The notes: generated from the sequence alone by a model not told the origin. A DNA stretch of 64,000 bases from Alphaproteobacteria bacterium (GCA_964291395.2 OZ219858.1:160001-224000); one strand, 5' to 3'. Positions 53,358-62,865 are shown, counted from the stretch's first letter. Numbers and translations: made by a program.

Positions 53358-53756
53358 ATGGAACACGCCGCCCTGATCTACACGATGGTCATCATGTCCG
53401 CTGCCGACAGCGATATGACGGATAAGGAACTGTTCACCGTCGGCGACATCATCCGGACGCTGCCGGCATTCGAGGATTTCGACCAGGAACTGCTGCCGCG
53501 CACGGCGGAGGACTGTGCCGAACTTCTCGCCGAGGAGAACGGACTCGATACGGTGATCGGATTTATCGACCAGAATCTGCCCGACAATCTTCGGGAAACG
53601 GCCTACGTCCTGGCGTGCGAAATTGCGGCGTCGGACGGACATCTTCAGCTCGAGGAACTCAGATTGCTCGAGATGCTGCGGCACCGCCTCGAGATCGGAC
53701 GGCTTCCCGCCGCTGCGATCGAACGATGCGTTCGCGCGCGCTATCAGAGGGTATAG
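53358..53756 (+). CDS. TerB family protein
   Basis: SAADSDMTDKE and ETAYVLACEIAASDG...E (two acidic TerB motifs). Confidence 0.85.
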   Translation: MEHAALIYTMVIMSAADSDMTDKELFTVGDIIRTLPAFEDFDQELLPRTAEDCAELLAEENGLDTVIGFIDQNLPDNLRETAYVLACEIAASDGHLQLEELRLLEMLRHRLEIGRLPAAAIERCVRARYQRV

Positions 53757-53805
53757 AACGGTCTTGCCGAAAGGGGATGTGAAGGCCTGACCATCGAAAC
53801 CGGGG

Positions 53806-54705
53806 GTGTCTCAAATGGCGGCGCTTGACGGACGGACCATCGGGTTCATCGGGCTCGGCCTGATGGGGCGGCCGATGACGGAGAACCTCCTCGCAGCCGG
53901 TGCGTCCGTGGTTGGCCACAACCGAAGTCGGGCGGTGATCGAGGAACTGTCCGCCAACGGACTCCGGCCCGCCCGCAGCCCCGGGGAAGTCGCGGAAGCC
54001 GCCGATACCATAATCCTCATGCTGCCTGATACGGACACGGTCGAACGGATCTTGCTGAGCGAGCAGGGTGTCGTCGGGGGCCTCCGAGCGGACGCCCTCG
54101 TCATCGACATGGGGACGACGGCAGTCATGGCCACGCGGCGATTTGCGTCGGCAGTCGCTGAAGCCGGCGGCCACTACGTGGATGCCCCCGTCTCGGGTGG
54201 TGCCGTCGGCGCACGGGATGCCGCGTTGTCGATCATGGTGGGCGCCAGTCCGGAAGCCTTTGACCGCGCCGAACCCGTTTTCGAAGTCCTCGGTCGGAAC
54301 ATCAGTCACGTCGGTGACGTCAGCGCGGGTCAGGTCGCGAAAACGGTCAATCAAGTCATTGTCGGTTTGACCATCGGCGCGGTGTCGGAAGCCCTGGTCT
54401 TGGCAGAGACCGCCGGTGTCGACCCCGCCAAGGTCCGCGATGCCCTGATAGGAGGATTCGCGACATCCCGAATTCTGGAGCTGCATGGGAAACGGATGAT
54501 CGACGACAACTTCGAACCCGGCGGCCGTGCGAAGACCCAGCGGAAGGACATGTTCGAAGCCACGGAGTTCGCATCCACTCTCGGGATCGAATTGCCTGCC
54601 CTGAACTTGAATTTGGAGCTATATGACAAGCTGTTGGACCGCGGGTGGGGCGATCTCGATCACTCCGCTCTATACAAGCTGATCAAGGACCTTCAGAAGT
54701 CCTGA
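53806..54705 (+). CDS. Beta-hydroxyacid dehydrogenase (2-hydroxy-3-oxopropionate reductase-like)
   Basis: GFIGLGLMG, DAPVSGG, GQVAKTVNQ and F.PGG....RKD. Confidence 0.88.
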   Translation: MSQMAALDGRTIGFIGLGLMGRPMTENLLAAGASVVGHNRSRAVIEELSANGLRPARSPGEVAEAADTIILMLPDTDTVERILLSEQGVVGGLRADALVIDMGTTAVMATRRFASAVAEAGGHYVDAPVSGGAVGARDAALSIMVGASPEAFDRAEPVFEVLGRNISHVGDVSAGQVAKTVNQVIVGLTIGAVSEALVLAETAGVDPAKVRDALIGGFATSRILELHGKRMIDDNFEPGGRAKTQRKDMFEATEFASTLGIELPALNLNLELYDKLLDRGWGDLDHSALYKLIKDLQKS

Positions 54706-55325
54706 TCAACGAATTCCACCACGGCCTGAATCCCCTCCTCCCAGTTTTGCATTTCCGTCCGACCGGAAGCCTTGCGCGGCTTGAAACTGTGATCACCGTC
54801 GGCAAGCCAATGCACGTGAATTGCGGCCGACAATGCGTAGCCGGCCAAGTCCTCGCGCGTCCCCAATGGATCCCGCTCGCCTTGAACGATAAGGGTGGGG
54901 GTCCGAAGCGACACGAGATGCTCGATCCGGGTGCGCTCAGGCTTGCCCGGGGGATGGAAGGGATAGCCCAGGCAAACCACGCCCGCGACTCCCGCCTCAT
55001 CGGCGATTAGGCTGGCAATCCGGCCGCCCATCGACTTCCCGCCGATGAATAACCGCTCACGCGGAATCCCGGTCTGATACAGGCCGTCTATGGTGGCACG
55101 CCAGCACTCGATCAACACGGGTCTCCGGTCCGGCGGTCTCCGTCTACCGTCCTCGCGGCGTCGAGTCATGTACGGGAACTCGAACCTCGCGACACGGATA
55201 CCGGCCGCACCAATTCCTTCGGCAAACGCGGCCATGAAGGTACTGTCCATCGGCGCGCCGGCGCCATGCGCGAGGATCACTCCACGGCGGGCATCAAGCG
55301 GGCCGTCAAGCAGGATTTCGGTCAT
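54693..55325 (-). CDS. Alpha/beta hydrolase
   Basis: LAHGAGAPMD, GGKSMGGR nucleophile elbow, GERD and GDHSF triad. Confidence 0.9.
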   Translation of the reverse strand: MTEILLDGPLDARRGVILAHGAGAPMDSTFMAAFAEGIGAAGIRVARFEFPYMTRRREDGRRRPPDRRPVLIECWRATIDGLYQTGIPRERLFIGGKSMGGRIASLIADEAGVAGVVCLGYPFHPPGKPERTRIEHLVSLRTPTLIVQGERDPLGTREDLAGYALSAAIHVHWLADGDHSFKPRKASGRTEMQNWEEGIQAVVEFVDQDF

Positions 55326-55423
55326 CCGCTCCTCTCCGGCGTCAAAGAAGGGCCGTGATCCGTCTCGCCGAGGAGGCATCGAGCATTGTACTTTTTCCGG
55401 TGCTGCAGCCTGGAGTGACGCCG

Positions 55424-56284
55424 ATGCAGGATTGGCTGGCGGTCCATGAACCGGAAATCCGGCTCAGCACCTTTCTGTCGGTTCTCATTGCGATGATGAT
55501 CTGGGAAGTTGCGTCCCCGCGACGGCAACCTTCCCAGGGACGGGGTGGCCGTTGGACCGCCAACCTGCTGATGGTCGCCATCAATACCGGGGTCTTGAGA
55601 GTCGCGTTCCCGATCCTGGCGGTGGGCACGGCGGAGGTTGCGTCGGCACAGAACTGGGGGTTGCTGCATGCTTGGGCGCTCTCCCCATGGATATCCGTGC
55701 CCATCGCGGTGCTGGCGCTCGATTGTCTGATCTACGGCCAGCACGTGCTGTTTCATTCCGTGTCGCCGCTCTGGCGTCTCCACATGATGCACCACAGCGA
55801 CCTCGACTTCGATACGACAACCGGCGTGCGGTTTCATCCAATCGAAATCGTCATCTCGATGGGTATCAAGATGATAGCGGTCCTGGCGCTTGGGTTGCCA
55901 CCGGAGGCCGTCATTCTGTTCGAAGTCCTGTTGAACGGGACGTCGCTGTTCAACCACGGCAATGTGCGATTGCCCGACGGTGTCGACCGCGTGCTTCGCC
56001 TGTTCTTGGTGACACCGGACATGCATCGGGTCCATCACTCCATCCACAAGGCGGAGACGAACAGCAACTTCGGATTCAATTTTCCCTGGTGGGACCGGCT
56101 ATTCGGCACGTATCGCGCACAGCCGGCGGCAGGGCACACGGAAATGACCATCGGCCTGGAGCAATTTCGGGAACCATCCCGGCTTAGCGTGTACCGTCTG
56201 TTGCTGATGCCGTTCGTCGGCCCGACCGGCAGCTATCCGATCGCGCGAAAGGCCGGAGACGCGGGTCCGGCCGAGCGGACATAG
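55424..56284 (+). CDS. Sterol desaturase / fatty acid hydroxylase family protein
   Basis: His boxes HVLFH, HMMHH, FHP, NH and HRVHH, plus NFG..WDRLFGT. Confidence 0.9.
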   Translation: MQDWLAVHEPEIRLSTFLSVLIAMMIWEVASPRRQPSQGRGGRWTANLLMVAINTGVLRVAFPILAVGTAEVASAQNWGLLHAWALSPWISVPIAVLALDCLIYGQHVLFHSVSPLWRLHMMHHSDLDFDTTTGVRFHPIEIVISMGIKMIAVLALGLPPEAVILFEVLLNGTSLFNHGNVRLPDGVDRVLRLFLVTPDMHRVHHSIHKAETNSNFGFNFPWWDRLFGTYRAQPAAGHTEMTIGLEQFREPSRLSVYRLLLMPFVGPTGSYPIARKAGDAGPAERT

Positions 56285-56387
56285 CCGGCGGAACGATGGA
56301 GCAGAGGCAAATTCCGGATCCGGTTTGGGCCAGCAATTCAAGCCGACATCGATCAGAGCGGGAATAAATATTCTCTTTCAATGTCTT

Positions 56388-56437
56388 GGAAGAATTCTTC
56401 CTAGTGCGTTGACCGTCGAGTCCTTGAAGACTACTGT
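56388..56437 (+). promoter_or_regulatory. Putative sigma70 promoter with an adjacent 14-bp palindrome
   Basis: GGAAGAATTCTTCC (56388-56401). TTGACC (56409-56414), a 17-nt spacer, then TACTGT (56432-56437), ~50 bp upstream of the small ORF. Confidence 0.5.
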
Positions 56438-56488
56438 TTGGAGTTTAGACTACGGAACTCTTGCCGATGATTGAGAAAGAGGGGTCAT

Positions 56489-56665
56489 ATGCCAGATGAA
56501 CTAAATAAACTGATCGAAAGATCAAAGTCAGTAAGCATGACTCCCAAAGAAAAAGAAGAACAACGGCGCAGTTTTGCCTATGGGAACTCGAAAATCGAGA
56601 ACGACCGGATAACAAGGGAAACCATCGATCGAGAGGCAGAACTGATGAGACAGAATGAGCGGTAA
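56489..56665 (+). CDS. Small putative Fic antitoxin (VbhA/FicA-like), 58 aa
   Basis: AGAGGGG RBS, and the ORF overlaps the fic start. It is helical and charged and has a YGNSKIEN motif resembling (S/T)xxxE(G/N). Confidence 0.7.
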   Translation: MPDELNKLIERSKSVSMTPKEKEEQRRSFAYGNSKIENDRITRETIDREAELMRQNER

Positions 56666-57323
56666 TACCGACCAACCGATACGGGAGAGTACGCCCGAAA
56701 CAGTCGAACTTCCCATCGATCCGGAAGCAATTGCCAGGAACGAGGCGAGGAACGCGCTTCGTCAATTCGATGCGGTCACCGAACTCATCGAATCCTCGTT
56801 GAAATCGGATGGCCCGTTCAGATTGCGGCCATCGACGACACTTGAGCTCAATAGACTAGCGATTGACGGAGTGAATGAGTACGCGGGGGTCTATCGCCCG
56901 CATGAAATCGGGATAAAGGGAAGCAAGCACAAACCACCCCCACGAAACCAAGTCCCTCGTCTCGTGGAAGAGATGTGCGACTACGTCAATGACAATTGGG
57001 ACTCCGCGTCGCCAATCCATCTTGCTGCGTACCTGTTGTGGCGAGTGAATTGGATCCACCCTTTCTCCGACGGTAACGGAAGGACGGCAAGGGCTCTCAG
57101 TTACATAGTGCTTTCAATTCGGCTCGGGCATCTGCTTCCCGGCTCCAGGACCATTCCCGAACAAATTTCGGAGGACAAGTTTCCGTACTACGACGCCCTG
57201 GAGGCCGCTGATGCAGCTCAGAACAAAGGAGACATCGACCTGACCGAACTCGAGAAAATGTTGAGCGATATGCTCGCGGCGCAGTTGCTACATCTTCACG
57301 AGCAGGCAACAGGCGGCGCTTAG
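56655..57323 (+). CDS. Fic family protein (AMPylase-type motif)
   Basis: Canonical HPFSDGNGRTAR (HxFx[D/E]GNGRxxR) and a GVYR flap region. Confidence 0.93.
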   Translation: MSGNTDQPIRESTPETVELPIDPEAIARNEARNALRQFDAVTELIESSLKSDGPFRLRPSTTLELNRLAIDGVNEYAGVYRPHEIGIKGSKHKPPPRNQVPRLVEEMCDYVNDNWDSASPIHLAAYLLWRVNWIHPFSDGNGRTARALSYIVLSIRLGHLLPGSRTIPEQISEDKFPYYDALEAADAAQNKGDIDLTELEKMLSDMLAAQLLHLHEQATGGA

Positions 57324-57414
57324 GTAAAGCCTTGATGGCTGTAAGTCCATCATTTATCCGAGACAGTTCGTCTCACTGACCTCCTGCCCAAGTAGCCGGA
57401 CCAGGGAAGTCAAA

Positions 57415-57852
57415 ATGAAGTTGAGAACCAGCGAACCGTGGATGCCAGCACCGGAATACGGCCGGTCCTTGTCGGGCTTGACCGTGAACCTGCTGGTCCG
57501 CGACATCGAGACGGCGCTCGCGTTCCAGCGCGAGGTACTGGGCGCGGAAATCGTCTACAGCGACCCGGATTTCGCGGTCCTGCGGTCTCGCGACGCGGAA
57601 TGGATGCTGCATGCGGATCACACCTATCAGGACCATCCGCTCTACGGCAGTCTGAGTGGTGAACTCGCCCGAGGGATCGGCAGCGAATTGCGCCTGCATG
57701 GCCGTGATCCCGACGAAGCGGAGCAGGCTGCGCGCGAGCACGGGTATACCGTCCTCGACGGTGCCAGCGACAAGCCGCACGGACTTCGTGAAGCCTACAT
57801 CGTGGATCCCGATGGCTACCTGTGGGTCCCCGATGTCCCGTCATCGGATTAG
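57415..57852 (+). CDS. VOC/glyoxalase family protein
   Basis: NLLVRDIETALAF and DKPHGLREAYIVDPDGYLW. Confidence 0.88.
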   Translation: MKLRTSEPWMPAPEYGRSLSGLTVNLLVRDIETALAFQREVLGAEIVYSDPDFAVLRSRDAEWMLHADHTYQDHPLYGSLSGELARGIGSELRLHGRDPDEAEQAAREHGYTVLDGASDKPHGLREAYIVDPDGYLWVPDVPSSD

Positions 57853-57867
57853 CGCCAAGGAGACCCG

Positions 57868-59061
57868 CTAGAGGGAGATCGTGTTTCCGTCCCAACGTCG
57901 CGCCAACAGCACCGCACAACCGGCGCCGACCAGGGCCATCATGCCCATGAACAGGAACGCGCCGCCGCCAAACTGGGCATACAGGTATCCCGCCAGCGGC
58001 ATCGTTACACCGAAGCCAACCCCTGTGCCGAGCGCCGAATAGATCGACTGGGCCGAGGCGGACAGGTTCGGCGGCGCCGCCCGGGCGATGAAGTGGACGG
58101 CACCGAGATGGGTGGCTGCGAACGTGAAGGCGTGCAGAGCTTGAACCACCAAAAGCGGCACGAGGTCGGCGGTCAGTCCGGTGACACCCCACCGCAACGC
58201 ACCCGCAAGTCCGGCTACGACCATCAGCCGGACCGGCCCAAGACGAGCGAGAAGCGTCGCACCAAAGATGAACAATACCACCTCCGCGATGACGCCCTCC
58301 GCCCACAGCCATCCGATCATCACGTCGGAGTGCCCGGCCGAACGCCAGTAGAGGGTGGCGAAACCGTAATAGACCGCGTGACTTGACTGTATGAGGCTTG
58401 CACCGGCGAGAAATAGGACGAACACCGGATTACGCAACAGCCGGAACGATATCGATTTCCTCTCGTGCGCGGTCGGCCAACGGGCATCGGGGAGGAGAAA
58501 CGTCGACAGCCAAGTGGCGGCCACTGCCATCAACACCATCGCGAGAACCCATCCCTCGGGACGGCCTTCAAGAACGCGGCCACCCAGAATCGCGGCTACG
58601 ATGAAACTGATGGACCCCCACAATCGTACACGTCCGTACTGCAACTCCCGTTCGCTGGCGACACGTACGGTCAAATTGTCGGAAAGCGGGAACAGCGATG
58701 AGAGTGCAAAGCCGAACAGGCCTGAGATCAAGAGCAGCGTCCAGAAGTCGGCCGCCATCGCGAAGAGCATGGCGAACACGAGGCTCGCACCCGCCAGAGC
58801 GATCATCGGACGCCGCCTGTCGCCCCGACGATCCACGACGTGCCCGACGAGCGGATTTGCGAACACCTTGACCCACGTGCCAACCGCGAGCAGGAAGCCG
58901 ATCTCCGCCGTTGTCATTCCCCGGCTTTCCAACCATATCGGCCAGAAAGGCAGATAGACCCCGATGATCAGGAACAGGCACCAATAGAACAGCGAGAGGC
59001 GAGCGCCGGGACCCGGGCGAAAATCATCCGGCAAACGGATCGTGAATCCCGTTGGGTACAT
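57868..59061 (-). CDS. MFS transporter (HcaT/MFS_1-like)
   Basis: GVYLPFWPIWL, YGRVRLWGS, IQSSHAVYYGF, QALHAFTF and ~12 hydrophobic segments. Confidence 0.9.
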   Translation of the reverse strand: MYPTGFTIRLPDDFRPGPGARLSLFYWCLFLIIGVYLPFWPIWLESRGMTTAEIGFLLAVGTWVKVFANPLVGHVVDRRGDRRRPMIALAGASLVFAMLFAMAADFWTLLLISGLFGFALSSLFPLSDNLTVRVASERELQYGRVRLWGSISFIVAAILGGRVLEGRPEGWVLAMVLMAVAATWLSTFLLPDARWPTAHERKSISFRLLRNPVFVLFLAGASLIQSSHAVYYGFATLYWRSAGHSDVMIGWLWAEGVIAEVVLFIFGATLLARLGPVRLMVVAGLAGALRWGVTGLTADLVPLLVVQALHAFTFAATHLGAVHFIARAAPPNLSASAQSIYSALGTGVGFGVTMPLAGYLYAQFGGGAFLFMGMMALVGAGCAVLLARRWDGNTISL

Positions 59062-59131
59062 GCGGTGCGTCTATCGCCCCATCGAATAGGAGGGCGGAGA
59101 CCTCATGTACCGGCGCATCCGGGTCGCGCGG

Positions 59132-60922
59132 CTACTCTCCCGCTATGGACTCGGGGAGGAATCGCTCCCCGTAGGCCGGCGTCTTCTCGGGCAGCGGAGG
59201 ATACTGGGACGCCCCGGTGGGTACCGGCCTGATATCGCCGTCGACGTGGGCATCGATGAGACAGGGCTTCCCGAGGCCGAGCGCGTGTTCCAATGCGCCG
59301 GCAAAGTCCTTGTTGTGCGTCACGGTGATGCCTTCACACCCGGCGGCACGCGCCATCATGGCAAAGTCCGGGTTGTAGCGTTCCCCATCCTTGTAGAACA
59401 GCGTGCCAAGCTCCCGGCCCTGGAACATCCCAAGCTGAATGTCCCGGATGGATGTCCAACCGAAGTTGTTCCACACCACCCAAACTACCGCGATGTTGTA
59501 TTCGACCGCCGTCGCCACGACGTGGGGCGTCATCATGAAACTCCCGTCCCCCACAACCGCGACACACTCCCGTTCGGGCGCTGCGAGTTTGGCGCCCAGC
59601 GCGCCACTGGTCCCGAACCCCATGGCCCCGAACCCGAACGCGTTGAGCATCGATTGGGGACGACGAGCCTCCCACAACTGAACGAACCAGTTGTGGTGGG
59701 CCCCGACATCGAGCACCAGGATACCATCGTCCGGGAGCACGCTCCGGACGTCACGAACGATGCCCTCGGGCGTGGCCGGAGAAGCGCTTTCCTCGAACTT
59801 CGGCGCAAGAAATCTTTCCCACTCGCTTTTCCAGGACTGGATCTCGGCACGCCAAGCGGCGGTCCGTGCCGGATCCGGGGCACTCCGCCGACCCACCTCC
59901 TCGAGCAACTGCCGAAGGAAGGTTCTGGCGTCGGCGATGACGCCCACTTCCGCGGGGTATGCCCGGCCAAGCTCTCCCGGATCGATGTCGACATGGATGA
60001 GTTTGGTCGGGGGAATATTCCAGGAATAGCCGGGCAGCCAACTGGATGACGATCGGTCGTCGAAGTGGACGCCGACGGCGAGCAGCACATCGCAATGCCG
60101 ACCGGCCTGATTGGCCTGATAGGCGCCGTTGCGGCCATTGTGGCCGACATAGAGGGGATCGCGCGCGTCGACGACTCCCATGCCATTGGGCATCGACCCT
60201 ACGGGGAACTGGAGCGTTTGAACAAGCTCGACCAGCTCGGCACCCGCTTCGGATAACGCGACCCCGTGGCCGACGTAAATCAGCGGCTTCTCCGCCGCAT
60301 ACAGGAGATCCGCGATCCGTCGAATCTCCTCCGGCGACGCACCTGGACGCCCGGCCAGGGCATGCCGGTTGGAAGGTTCGTAGCTGACATCATCCGCCTC
60401 CTGGAAAACGTTGTAGGGCACGTCGACGCAGACCGGTCCCGGCCGGCCGCTGGTCGCCACGGTCATGGCTTGGCGCATGGCCAGAGGCAGCATGTCCACC
60501 CGCGTCGGCTGCAGGCACCTCTTCACGTACGGCTTGACGCTCGACGGGAAATCTGCGGGCTGATGGCGGTAGATCTCCTGGAATGCCCCCAACCCAAAAT
60601 GCTGGGTGGGAACATTTGCCGTGATGGCCAGATAGGCGGACGAGTCGAGAAATGCGTTCGCGAGGGGCAGCATCATGTTGACGGAACCCGGACCACAGGA
60701 CGTGAGCGTTGCAACCGGCGAATGCCGGACCCGCCAATAGGCGTCGGCCATGTGGCCCGCGGTTTGCTCGTGGCGCGGAGAGATCAACTTGATCTCGCTC
60801 TGTCGCTCGTACATGGCATCGAGAATACCGACGTTTCCATGTCCGCAGACTCCGAAGACGTACGGCACCCCCTCCCGGATCAGGAAATCAACGATGTATT
60901 CGCCGCCTTTCATGTTGGGCAT
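59132..60922 (-). CDS. Thiamine diphosphate-dependent enzyme (ALS/IolD/Gcl superfamily)
   Basis: CGHGNV, RHEQ catalytic Glu, TSCGPG, GRPGPV, and the ThDP motif GDGSF...WNN. Confidence 0.92.
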   Translation of the reverse strand: MPNMKGGEYIVDFLIREGVPYVFGVCGHGNVGILDAMYERQSEIKLISPRHEQTAGHMADAYWRVRHSPVATLTSCGPGSVNMMLPLANAFLDSSAYLAITANVPTQHFGLGAFQEIYRHQPADFPSSVKPYVKRCLQPTRVDMLPLAMRQAMTVATSGRPGPVCVDVPYNVFQEADDVSYEPSNRHALAGRPGASPEEIRRIADLLYAAEKPLIYVGHGVALSEAGAELVELVQTLQFPVGSMPNGMGVVDARDPLYVGHNGRNGAYQANQAGRHCDVLLAVGVHFDDRSSSSWLPGYSWNIPPTKLIHVDIDPGELGRAYPAEVGVIADARTFLRQLLEEVGRRSAPDPARTAAWRAEIQSWKSEWERFLAPKFEESASPATPEGIVRDVRSVLPDDGILVLDVGAHHNWFVQLWEARRPQSMLNAFGFGAMGFGTSGALGAKLAAPERECVAVVGDGSFMMTPHVVATAVEYNIAVVWVVWNNFGWTSIRDIQLGMFQGRELGTLFYKDGERYNPDFAMMARAAGCEGITVTHNKDFAGALEHALGLGKPCLIDAHVDGDIRPVPTGASQYPPLPEKTPAYGERFLPESIAGE

Positions 60923-60979
60923 CCATGTCTACCTTTCTTGCTCGCGTTTCCCAGGCTGCGCCGTTCCGAAACGGGCCAG

Positions 60980-61282
60980 TCAGGACTCCGGAAACTCCTC
61001 CCAGAACCACCACTCCCGGCCGACGACCCAGTCGTCGATCTCTGCTCTCAACTCCTTGAAGTGGGGGGAGTTGCGGTGCGCCTTGTCCGCTGCTTGATCG
61101 GCATACACCTCGAACATCATAAAGCGCGTGGGATCATCGCGGTCCTGAAGCGTACGAAACACCAAACATCCTTCCTCGTCCGCCAGGCTGGTCATCGCGT
61201 GGCGCCGTATCCGCTCTTTGAATCGATCAACGTATTGCGGTTTCAGCACCAAGTGCGCCGTATGTACGTAAGACATCGTCAT
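60980..61282 (-). CDS. ABM-family (putative quinol monooxygenase/LsrG-like) protein
   Basis: EEGCLVF and FEVYADQAADKAHRNSPHF. Confidence 0.85.
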   Translation of the reverse strand: MTMSYVHTAHLVLKPQYVDRFKERIRRHAMTSLADEEGCLVFRTLQDRDDPTRFMMFEVYADQAADKAHRNSPHFKELRAEIDDWVVGREWWFWEEFPES

Positions 61283-61308
61283 CCCTTCAAAATCGGTCCC
61301 AAACGCGT

Positions 61309-62124
61309 CTACCAACCCATCGCGCCCAATTTCTCGATTCCCTCCGGAAAATCCACATCGGGTTCGGACGATATGATCTCGAGTACCACCGGCCCGTCAT
61401 ACCCGACCCGTTGCAACGCTTCGGCCACTTCCTGGAAAGGAACGTCGCCCTTCCCGATGGGATCGTGGCGAAACTCCTCCGTCGTCGTATCCGAGATGTG
61501 CACCAGCTTCATTCGCGATTCCACGAGCGCGATATCGGCGGCAGGATCGTCCTTGGCGAACACGCCGTTGGCCACGTCGTAGATGATTGCCAGGGAGTCG
61601 CCGTATCCTAACTCGTCCAGAACCGTCATCAGGTCCGCAGCCTTGGGAAGCCACGTGTAAGGGATGTTTTCGAATAGCAGATTCGTTTGCGCGCGTTCCG
61701 CCTCGGGCACCAGGCGATCAAGGCTCTCCTTGAGCCAATCCATCATGCGCTCTCGAGGCGCTGCCAGCAGCGGTCGCGCAAGACCCGGTGAAATGACTAC
61801 CCCCGGTACGCCCCACTCTCCCGCCAGTTCGACGATGCCGCCGAGATAGCGGCAGGTGTGATCACGCATCTCTCGGGACGGACTCACAACGTTGTTGTCC
61901 CAGCCGCCGGGATTGAAAGACGTGAATGCAAGCCCCCGGTCGCTGAGCAGCTTGCCGATGGCCTTTCGTGCCGGGGCATCGAGTTCCGTCGTCCACAGGT
62001 GCCCCGGCGTCATGATCGCCTCAAATCGCGTATGTCCCTGATCCGCAAGGTGATTGAGGCAGTCTTCGATCTTGTGGGTCCAGATCCAAGAGAACGTATT
62101 TATAGAGAAGCTCGTATTCGCCAT
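61309..62124 (-). CDS. Sugar phosphate isomerase/epimerase (xylose-isomerase-like TIM barrel)
   Basis: Metal ligand pattern FENIP, YDVAN, VHISD, RHDPIGKG and VLEI. Confidence 0.88.
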   Translation of the reverse strand: MANTSFSINTFSWIWTHKIEDCLNHLADQGHTRFEAIMTPGHLWTTELDAPARKAIGKLLSDRGLAFTSFNPGGWDNNVVSPSREMRDHTCRYLGGIVELAGEWGVPGVVISPGLARPLLAAPRERMMDWLKESLDRLVPEAERAQTNLLFENIPYTWLPKAADLMTVLDELGYGDSLAIIYDVANGVFAKDDPAADIALVESRMKLVHISDTTTEEFRHDPIGKGDVPFQEVAEALQRVGYDGPVVLEIISSEPDVDFPEGIEKLGAMGW

Positions 62125-62312
62125 TCCGTCCCCCCTGCTCGACCACGGCGCATTGACGCTTTTTCCTTCACGCGCCGCCCCACCGAAACCTGATCCCAGT
62201 ATAGCGACCTGCTCCGCTTGGCTGTATTTGAGCCCACAACCAAGCTTGTCATGGCTCGCACTCAGACGTTAGAACCCCTGGCGACCCAACGACACGGGTG
62301 GTTTTCGGTTGA

Positions 62313-62843
62313 ATGTCCAAAACACTGCTCCTCATGCGCCACGCCAAGTCAAGCTGGGACGATCCCACTCTTGACGACTTCGACCGACCGCTCAATGCAA
62401 GGGGTCAAAAGGCCGCCCCGCGCATGGGCGGCTACATCGAAAGCAACGGCTTGATTCCGGATCTCGTCGTGTGCTCCACCGCACGCCGCACCGGCGAAAC
62501 ATGGAAGCTCATGCAGAAATCGATCGGCGACGAGGTTCAGTCCAAGATGATGAAGAGTCTGTACCTGGCGTCCCCCAGCCAACTCCTGCGGGTGATTCAT
62601 CGCGTACCCGATGGAATTGGGCGCCTCCTCGTGATTGCCCACAATCCGGGAATACAGGAGTTGGCAGTGCGGCTCGAAGCGGGATCTGACGACGAGCGCA
62701 CTCGTGCTCAGCCCAGCGAGGTGCGCGCGAAATTTCCGACGGCCGCACTTGCCATCCTGTCCGTCGACGCGCGTTCCTGGTCCGAGACCGCGTATGGACA
62801 GGCGCAACTCGTGGATTTCGTCCGCCCCCGGCAACTGCGATAG
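62313..62843 (+). CDS. sixA: SixA-like histidine phosphatase
   Basis: LMRHAKSSW, DFDRPLNARG, CSTARRT and AHNPG. Confidence 0.88.
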   Translation: MSKTLLLMRHAKSSWDDPTLDDFDRPLNARGQKAAPRMGGYIESNGLIPDLVVCSTARRTGETWKLMQKSIGDEVQSKMMKSLYLASPSQLLRVIHRVPDGIGRLLVIAHNPGIQELAVRLEAGSDDERTRAQPSEVRAKFPTAALAILSVDARSWSETAYGQAQLVDFVRPRQLR

Positions 62844-62865
62844 CGCTGTGCGCCATCCCGTCTCC

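Noticed and set aside
53806-62124. gcl-hyi-glxR glyoxylate pathway formed by the ThDP enzyme, TIM barrel and beta-hydroxyacid dehydrogenase
   Set aside because: The dehydrogenase is >4 kb away on the opposite strand with unrelated genes between. The TIM barrel lacks the Hyi N-terminal ANLS motif, and the ThDP enzyme has GHGNV rather than Gcl-like GVPGAAI.
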